DNA of 64,000 bases from positions 32,001 to 96,000 of the IMG/VR virus record IMGVR_UViG_3300023243_000009; one strand, given 5' to 3'. Made by a program: the position numbers and the translations under genes. Origin of the DNA: a virus. Shown here in pieces: positions 58,443 to 64,000 of the stretch. The notes under the pieces were generated by a model that saw nothing but the letters and a program-made list of their open reading frames with translations, was not told where the DNA came from and did not search any database. Positions within the stretch are counted from its first letter, which is position 1. Each line of letters starts with the position of its first letter.

Positions 58443-58615
58443 AATTAATTAAAAACTCTTTGTCCAAATTTCAGTTATGGAATTACGCTCCTTTGTTTCA
58501 GAGAGTAGATAACCTCTACAATAAACACAACTGCTGATACAGCTTACATATTACTTGAGGTATTTTACAAGTCTGAATACTATTGTTTATCTTCAAGCAA
58601 AGAATTTTTAATTTG

Positions 58616-58687
58616 TATTCCTGGAGGGTATCGATCCCTCTACTCTACCGTGAAAGGGTAGTGACTTAGCCAGTTGTCGACAGGAAC
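58616..58687 (-). tRNA. tRNA-Glu (TTC)
   Basis: Loop CTTTCAC. Confidence 0.88.
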
Positions 58688-58693
58688 ATTCAG

Positions 58694-58775
58694 CGGAAGA
58701 GATAGGATTCGAACCTACAAAGCTTTTACACCCGACTGTTTTCAAGACAGCTTAACAACCATTGTCCACTCTTCC
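58694..58775 (-). tRNA. tRNA-Ser (TGA)
   Basis: Loop CTTGAAA, long variable arm, G73. Confidence 0.88.
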
Positions 58776-58954
58776 AATTGTAACTTTTAGAACACCTTAG
58801 AGTTACCAACTAATTCGACAAAACGATTCGAATGGCATCCGCGCCCATCTGTTTAACAATCCAATACTCGAAAGATATTGAGGTTTAATATTAAACAGAC
58901 CCGTCATCCGTGTGCTTCGTTCCCTATCCTATGCATCGGAATCAGGCCGTTTTG

Positions 58955-59026
58955 AGCGAATAGAGAGAATCGAACTCTCGTCCTCTGGTTGGAAGCCAGA
59001 TGTAATAGCCATTATACTACATTCGC
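58955..59026 (-). tRNA. tRNA-Gly (TCC)
   Basis: Loop CTTCCAA, U73. Confidence 0.9.
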
Positions 59027-59233
59027 GTAATAATTAAATTTTTTGTACTCAATGTACATCATAACTGTTGTTGTGTAAACAGTGAGTTAAGTTTTTATAA
59101 TATTACCATGTGTGCACTAGTAATAAATTGTTCTTTACTTAACCTCTACTCTCCCTAGTTTCTATTTCGAAATTCACCTAGCTATCTGAGATTTATATAC
59201 CAGGGGATCATACCCTAGTCTTCATTTAATTTG

Positions 59234-59305
59234 AGCCTCCACAAGGAATCGAACCCTGTTAATCCGGGTACAAACCGGGTACATTACCATTTATGCTTTG
59301 GAGGC
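59234..59305 (-). tRNA. tRNA-Thr (TGT)
   Basis: Loop TTTGTAC. Confidence 0.88.
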
Positions 59306-59729
59306 AAATATAAGAGAGGTTCGGGTCTTTCGAGGTTTCTAGAAATATCTGGGACTGGAGATAAACCTTTATCTTATTCCAGCTTGTCCTAGCTTCACTT
59401 ACTCTCTTAATATTATAAGTTAGAATGGTTGTTTGAATCCCTTTTCAGTTCACCCTTGAACGTCTAACTTTATATTTTACTTCTAATTCTACCCAATACT
59501 TCTGTATGGACTAGTATCTAAACTTTTAACGCGTATTAATTATTTAGCGTAGTTATTAAATAAGTTTTCTCTTATCAGCAGGGCCGGCATATCTTCCTTG
59601 GTTGTTTATACCTTGGTTTCAAATCCTTAGCTTACTTTAATAACAATCAGAAGCTCTTTATCCTTACGGTCCCGTAGTTTTGGCTGCATACCAACTCCAC
59701 AGTTAGGCCAGGGCTTTAAAGAGATTTTG

Positions 59730-59881
59730 TAGTCCTAGTTGGAATCGAACCAACCTTTGATAAGTTACTTACTCTAATGCTTTAACTTTCTCTTCAAACT
59801 AGTATAAGAAGTGTTAAACCAAAAGCCGTAACGTTACCCCACTAGTAAGAGTAGGGGCGACCTACTACTACATATAGGACT
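59730..59881 (-). ncRNA. tRNA-like RNA with greatly expanded interior (152 nt)
   Basis: Perfect 7-bp acceptor AGTCCTA/TAGGACT and T arm GTTGG-TTCGATT-CCAAC around a long hairpin-rich interior. Confidence 0.6.
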
Positions 59882-59893
59882 ATTTTAATTTTG

Positions 59894-59996
59894 TAGCTAT
59901 GTTAGGATTTGAACCTAATCCGGCTTTACAATACTAAGTGAACTTATCGTTAAACTTAACCTTGGAGAGGTGCTATCAACCAATGATCTCACAGCT
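59894..59996 (-). ncRNA. tRNA-like RNA with oversized variable arm (103 nt)
   Basis: Acceptor AGCTGTG/CATAGCT, T arm TTAGG-TTCAAAT-CCTAA, 5-nt CTCCA anticodon-like loop, extra arm of about 40 nt. Confidence 0.6.
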
Positions 59997-60190
59997 ATAT
60001 TTTTTGCACTAACAGTAACTAGCTTATCCTTTTAAATCTGTTAATACTTCGGAATCTAACCGCTCATATCTCAAGTCCAGCGTAAGGACTAATGCTTATA
60101 TGTTCTTGATATGCAACCTTCTAGGTATAAAGTTCCCACCACTTCACATCTAGAGTAATAAGTCGTAGATGCTACTCGAGAAGTTTTTTG

Positions 60191-60272
60191 TACGTTTGGA
60201 GAGATTCGAACTCTCACACCTTAAGGCACTAGATTCTAAATCTAGCATGTCTACCAATTCCAACACAAACGC
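60191..60272 (-). tRNA. tRNA-Leu (TAG)
   Basis: Loop TTTAGAA, variable arm, A73. Confidence 0.9.
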
Positions 60273-60314
60273 AATTTAATCTTATCCAATTATGTCAATG
60301 ATCTTTTATTAATC

Positions 60315-60515
60315 TTAAAACCTAAGTTTTAATGTTTTTAATTCGCTTTCGATACGAATTATATTCTTATCAGTTAAGGGAATTTGTTTTTTTGTTTCCT
60401 TACAAGTTTTTGTTCCAGATTTTAATTGATCTGATAATCTTGAATAAACTGTTCTTCTTCTATCTTTTGCTGATAATAGCATACTATGTGAAACTCCATT
60501 ACTCTTTGATGACAT
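60315..60515 (-). CDS. Hypothetical basic protein
   Basis: ORF track; own promoter core. Confidence 0.65.
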   Translation of the reverse strand: MSSKSNGVSHSMLLSAKDRRRTVYSRLSDQLKSGTKTCKETKKQIPLTDKNIIRIESELKTLKLRF

Positions 60516-60544
60516 AACTTCTCGGTTTTTATATTTATTACTTA

Positions 60545-60580
60545 TACGTGAATATACGAAACATACCCCACGTATCCTAA
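60545..60580 (-). promoter_or_regulatory. Promoter core, near-duplicate of 60854-60880
   Basis: TTAGGATACGTGGGGTATGTTTCGTATATT upstream of 60315-60515. Confidence 0.7.
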
Positions 60581-60808
60581 TTATTCTTTAATTATTTTTA
60601 CAATATCATGATCAGTTTCTGGTATTCTATTTTTTAGAAATACAAACCCATCATGTGTTCTTGTTCCTTGACCTAATCCTTTATCTAAATAACCTACAAC
60701 ATGATCTAGATATTCAGTATCAGTTGTTGGTCTCAAATACATTAACTTAGCACCGTGTGAACTGATTAAAATATCACCTTTTTTACAATTTCTTAAATCT
60801 ACGCTCAT
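60581..60808 (-). CDS. Hypothetical protein
   Basis: Starts at the repeated leader. Confidence 0.7.
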   Translation of the reverse strand: MSVDLRNCKKGDILISSHGAKLMYLRPTTDTEYLDHVVGYLDKGLGQGTRTHDGFVFLKNRIPETDHDIVKIIKE

Positions 60809-60880
60809 AACCTTTATTGTTTTTAATGTTCGAACCTTACGAACACGTGAAGATACGAAACATACCCCACGTATCCTAAT
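60806..60880 (-). promoter_or_regulatory. Repeated promoter+leader module, copy 11
   Basis: TTAGGATACGTGGGGTATGTTTCGTAT...AAAACAATAAAGGTTATG. Confidence 0.7.
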
Positions 60881-60910
60881 ATTTTTGCAATTACTGTTTA
60901 ATTGCTTTTG

Positions 60911-60983
60911 AGAGTGAGACAGGAATCGAACCCGTTAAAAATTGGTTTTGCAAACCAACTGCCCAACCATGAACATCCCACTC
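60911..60983 (-). tRNA. tRNA-Cys (GCA)
   Basis: Loop TTGCAAA, U73. Confidence 0.85.
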
Positions 60984-60986
60984 TTT

Positions 60987-61496
60987 TTACATACCTAAAT
61001 ATGGTTTCCATTCATCCGGGATAAATGTTGTCTTTTTTAATAACATCAAATAATGCGGCCTTTGGGGTTTTGGTATTGGTTTACCATATTCCTTTAAAGT
61101 TAAATCCGCTTTTTCATTGTTACATCTTTTACAAGCAGTAACTAAATTATCCCATTTATTAGGCCCACCTTTAGATTGAGGTATAACGTGATCTAACGTT
61201 AGAGTCTTGCGGTTTTCACAACCACAATACACACACTCATACCCATCTCTTTTGAATATATTCTCACGTGTTAGAGGTACTTTATGAAAATTCATCTTCA
61301 CATAAGTGTGTACTCTAATAATAGAGGGTTTAAAGATTGTTAATTCTGGGTTTACTACACCAAATGTTTCTGGGTATTCCGTTACTACATCAGCATTTCC
61401 CTTATATGAGATTACGAATGCCCTTTCTGTAGTAATAATACTCCTAGCAATATAACTAGTGTCAATTACTAAGGTTTTGTCATAACGGTTTTTCAT
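60987..61496 (-). CDS. HNH endonuclease (McrA/HNH_5-like)
   Basis: RENIFKRDGYECVYCG...TLDHVIPQSKGG...WDNLVTACKRCNNEK. Confidence 0.9.
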   Translation of the reverse strand: MKNRYDKTLVIDTSYIARSIITTERAFVISYKGNADVVTEYPETFGVVNPELTIFKPSIIRVHTYVKMNFHKVPLTRENIFKRDGYECVYCGCENRKTLTLDHVIPQSKGGPNKWDNLVTACKRCNNEKADLTLKEYGKPIPKPQRPHYLMLLKKTTFIPDEWKPYLGM

Positions 61497-61506
61497 GATT
61501 AAATAA

Positions 61507-61686
61507 CTATGGTTTATATTGTGTGTTTCTAAACGTTTTCCAATTTATCTCTTTACGTTTATTCCTACCATTACATCCACTATTGGGACCACATAATGGA
61601 CACCCTAATACTTGTCCGGAGTGGTACATTTTGTACGTACGAGAATTGGTTGTTGTTTGTTGAAATTTTTTTACTTTTTTTAACAT
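61507..61686 (-). CDS. Small basic Cys-containing protein (59 aa)
   Basis: Hand-translated ...GCPLCGPNSGCN...NWKTFRNTQYKP. Confidence 0.5.
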   Translation of the reverse strand: MLKKVKKFQQTTTNSRTYKMYHSGQVLGCPLCGPNSGCNGRNKRKEINWKTFRNTQYKP

Positions 61687-61760
61687 GTTTGCTCTGTTTT
61701 TAGGTTAATTTACCTAAAGAGCATCGAATTTTTTTTTCATTTTTAAATTATTTAATTTTG

Positions 61761-61829
61761 CACGCCATCAAAGAATCGAACTCTGTCCTACGGGGTTGGA
61801 ATCCGTTTGGTTACCATAACCTATGACGC
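61761..61829 (-). tRNA. tRNA-Trp (CCA)
   Basis: Loop TTCCAAC, 31:39 mismatch, short D arm, G73. Confidence 0.7.
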
Positions 61830-61899
61830 ATATAGAAAAACTGTTCAGATTCAATCCTGCCGAAGCTGTCCAGATTGGGGATCCTGTTTTTCTATTTTG

Positions 61900-61972
61900 A
61901 ACCCCTGCCCAGATTCAAACTGGGATTGGAAGGATAGAAGCCTACTGTTTTATTCAGTTAAACTACAAGGGC
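61900..61972 (-). tRNA. tRNA-Arg (TCT)
   Basis: Loop CTTCTAT. Confidence 0.8.
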
Positions 61973-61979
61973 ATTAATG

Positions 61980-62052
61980 AATTCCCGGAGAGATTCGAAC
62001 TCTCAATCTCTCGATTCGTATTCGAGGGCATTGCCATTTATGCTACGGAAAT
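61980..62052 (-). tRNA. tRNA-Arg (ACG)
   Basis: Loop ATACGAA. Confidence 0.85.
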
Positions 62053-62074
62053 ATTTGGAGGTTTTTCCTTATTG

Positions 62075-62154
62075 TACCCGTGATAGGATTCGAACCTACA
62101 AGCCGAAGCAATCGCGTTTAAGACGACCATGTTTTCCAATTTCATCACACGGGC
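62075..62154 (-). tRNA. tRNA-Leu (TAA)
   Basis: Loop CTTAAAC, variable arm. Confidence 0.85.
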
Positions 62155-62253
62155 ATAAAGCCAACCCCGTAGGTTAGCAGGACATCTTTAGGTAATGTCT
62201 TTGCAAGAATTTTCATCTCTGACCAATTCGATCACCCTTTGGGCGTCAATAGG

Positions 62254-62327
62254 GGTGTAAGGTGGGTTTCGATCCCACTACCCTTCGGATCACAACCGAA
62301 CGCTCTTCCGATTGAGCTACAAACACC
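62254..62327 (-). tRNA. tRNA-His (GTG)
   Basis: Loop TTGTGAT, G-1:C73. Confidence 0.88.
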
Positions 62328-62428
62328 ATATTTGTAAGGCTCCCACTTTCCTTACTTGTTAGTCTAAAGTTTTATCTTTGCAGAAGCAGGTGACTAAATT
62401 ATCCTTTAACCCGAGTGGTTTTAAATAG

Positions 62429-62500
62429 TATCAATAGATAGGATTGAACCATCGACCTGTTCCATATGAAAGAACCGCTCTACCACTGAGCTATATTGAT
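62429..62500 (-). tRNA. tRNA-Met (CAT), irregular T arm
   Basis: Loop TTCATAT; T loop TTCAAT with a bulge. Confidence 0.75.
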
Positions 62501-62506
62501 GTTTTG

Positions 62507-62592
62507 AGGAAGAAATCGGAATCGAACCGAATGCCTTTTACAGCACGATTATCTTAGCAGGATACCCTAATCACCATCATAGTTTATCTTCC
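62507..62592 (-). tRNA. tRNA-Ser (GCT)
   Basis: Loop CTGCTAA, long variable arm. Confidence 0.85.
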
Positions 62593-62597
62593 TTTTG

Positions 62598-62670
62598 TCG
62601 AAGTGGTAGGTTACGATCCTACTACCTTTGTCGTATCAGGACAATGCTCTACCAATTGAGCTACACTCCG
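62598..62670 (-). tRNA. tRNA-Ile (GAT)
   Basis: Loop CTGATAC. Confidence 0.88.
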
Positions 62671-62676
62671 GAATTG

Positions 62677-62750
62677 CTCCTCAGGTAGGGTTCGAACCTA
62701 CTACCTACGCATTAACAGTGCGCCGCTCTAACCAGATGAGCTACTGAGGA
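62677..62750 (-). tRNA. tRNA-Asn (GTT)
   Basis: Loop CTGTTAA, G73. Confidence 0.92.
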
Positions 62751-62758
62751 ATTTTTAG

Positions 62759-62837
62759 TTACGATTAAAGGACTCGAACCTTCATTGGACATATCTGCCG
62801 CTACTGCTCATGAGACAGTCAACGCACCTGCATCGTA
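62759..62837 (-). tRNA. Atypical tRNA: CAT anticodon, long variable arm, reduced D arm
   Basis: Acceptor TACGAT/ATCGTA, loop CTCATGA, V-arm GGCA-GATA-TGTC, T arm GAAGG-TTCGAGT-CCTTT. Confidence 0.55.
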
Positions 62838-62843
62838 ATGTAA

Positions 62844-62919
62844 TGGTGGTACTGATTGGTATCGAACCAACTACACCTAGATTTTCAGTCTAGTGCTCTA
62901 CCGTTTGAGCTACAGTACC
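62844..62919 (-). tRNA. tRNA-Phe (GAA), CCA encoded
   Basis: Loop CTGAAAA. Confidence 0.93.
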
Positions 62920-63006
62920 AAATAAGAATGTGGTGGGACCCGATGTAATTTAACCACACCCTTTATACATTGTCCTAGGTTGTATAAAGGTACATCTTCA
63001 CTATCG

Positions 63007-63087
63007 TGGGCGATGGTGGACTCGAACCACTCCCTTTCGGACGGAATTTACAGTCCCGCTGTCGTATCCGAACGACTTTCAACCCCC
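63007..63087 (-). tRNA. tRNA-Tyr (GTA)
   Basis: Loop CTGTAAA, variable arm. Confidence 0.82.
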
Positions 63088-63162
63088 ATTTTCTAATCTT
63101 AAAATAATCTTTACCAAGACTTTTACACCTTGTTTTATTTCTAACGTTTAAAACTAGAATTA

Positions 63163-63234
63163 GTTAACGTACAAGAATCGAACTTGCTTCTCCCGGCTCA
63201 TTGCCGGGCGTGGTCACCATTCCACTAACGCCAA
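63163..63234 (-). tRNA. Atypical tRNA, loop CAATGAG (ATG, A33), C73
   Basis: Full cloverleaf with a non-canonical anticodon loop. Confidence 0.55.
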
Positions 63235-63333
63235 AAACTATAATTAATTGGAACTACAATTCCTAACCTCTATAGAGTAGTCTGTGTTTAGATCACTATT
63301 GTAGTAATGATTCTCTTCACCCAACTATTTTTG

Positions 63334-63404
63334 TACCTCCTGATGGAATCGAACCATCGCACTTTGCATGTAAAACAAATACGCTACCATTACGTCAAAG
63401 AGGT
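63334..63404 (-). tRNA. tRNA-Val (TAC)
   Basis: Loop TTTACAT. Confidence 0.88.
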
Positions 63405-63417
63405 AAGTTTAATTTTT

Positions 63418-63482
63418 TAGTTATGATAGGATTCGAACCTATATCTTGCGGACCGCCATGTTAACCGTTACACCACACAACC
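63418..63482 (-). tRNA. tRNA-like RNA with collapsed anticodon arm (65 nt)
   Basis: Acceptor, D and T arms intact; anticodon arm reduced to GCG-GTC-CGC. Confidence 0.55.
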
Positions 63483-63514
63483 CCGGAAATTAATAACCTC
63501 AACTTGCAAATTTG

Positions 63515-63586
63515 TACCCCTGTTAGGAGTCGAACCTAACCCCACTGTTTAAAAGACAGTTGCCTACACCGGTTTGCTACAGGGAT
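63515..63586 (-). tRNA. tRNA-Lys (TTT)
   Basis: Loop CTTTTAA. Confidence 0.9.
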
Positions 63587-63782
63587 AGAAGTAAATAAAA
63601 GATTGGTGTATCAATAACCTCCATTTAAATGTTTTGATATCATTACATTTAAACCTGTTTCACAGTTACCCCTTTGGCTAAGAGAGCTTATTATGATATT
63701 AAGCTTAATCTTTTATTAAAACTATTGCGGACTCTTTTCGAACTTTGCGGGCTCGTATCATTCCTTCTTTTGATAGTTTTTG

Positions 63783-63854
63783 TCGGGTAGACAGGAGTCG
63801 AACCTGCCGCCTCTCGCTTCCAAAGCGAGCTTCTCACCTCGAGAATACTACCCG
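63783..63854 (-). tRNA. tRNA-Pro (TGG)
   Basis: Loop TTTGGAA. Confidence 0.88.
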
Positions 63855-63921
63855 AATTAATCTACTTTTAGCCTGGTTATTTTAGCTAAGCCTTTTAGCC
63901 AGGTTATTTTGTAAATTATTG

Positions 63922-63993
63922 TTGGTCTGGAGAGAATCGAACTCCCATTAATTGAGTCAAAGTCAAATGTAATAACCGTTATACCACAGACCA
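63922..63993 (-). tRNA. tRNA-Gln (TTG)
   Basis: Loop CTTTGAC, U1:A72. Confidence 0.88.
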
Positions 63994-64000
63994 ATAATGT

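Noticed and set aside
58820-58953. Canonical HDV-like (theta) ribozyme, hammerhead or SRP RNA
   Set aside because: Could not place the P3/L3 and catalytic J4/2 elements, a CUGANGA/GAAA core, or a paired GNRA-capped SRP helix 8; kept only as an unclassified structured RNA.
59730-59881. tmRNA call for the expanded tRNA-like element
   Set aside because: Less than half the usual length, no G3:U70 pair, no recognisable tag ORF.
63865-63910. 19-bp direct repeat CTTTTAGCC(T/A)GGTTATTTT in a tRNA spacer
   Set aside because: Only two copies with an 8-nt gap; most simply a local duplication.

Overview
AT-rich segment of a large tailed (myovirus-like, jumbo-type) phage, probably infecting a Bacteroidota host. 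Almost all genes are on the minus strand. Left to right: (1) 1-17.5 kb, baseplate/virion module (gp6-, gp25- and gp5-like proteins, a 2658-aa protein); (2) 17.5-23 kb, gp55-like late sigma factor, HD hydrolase, T5orf172 and DUF932 proteins; (3) 23-37 kb, accessory region of small ORFs, many behind a highly repeated promoter-plus-leader module; (4) 37-43 kb, glycosyltransferase cluster; (5) 43-54 kb, replication module (Cas4-like nuclease, clamp loader, clamp, split family B polymerase, GroES/GroEL); (6) 54-57.6 kb, 7-deazaguanine precursor genes (folE, queE, queD) beside a phosphoribosyltransferase; (7) 57.9-64 kb, 25 canonical tRNAs covering all 20 amino acids, five aberrant tRNA-like RNAs and many structured spacers. 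The main discovery candidate is at 29.86-34.55 kb: an integron-like array of about 12 gene cassettes separated by 11 intact attC-like hairpin sites. Each cassette's two terminal core boxes are complementary to each other, which is the footprint of GTT-core recombination. The ORFs read antisense to the inferred cassette polarity and often start inside, or lie wholly inside, the attC hairpin. No integrase is visible in the window. All calls come from reading the sequence and recognising motifs by eye; no database searches or folding programs were run.
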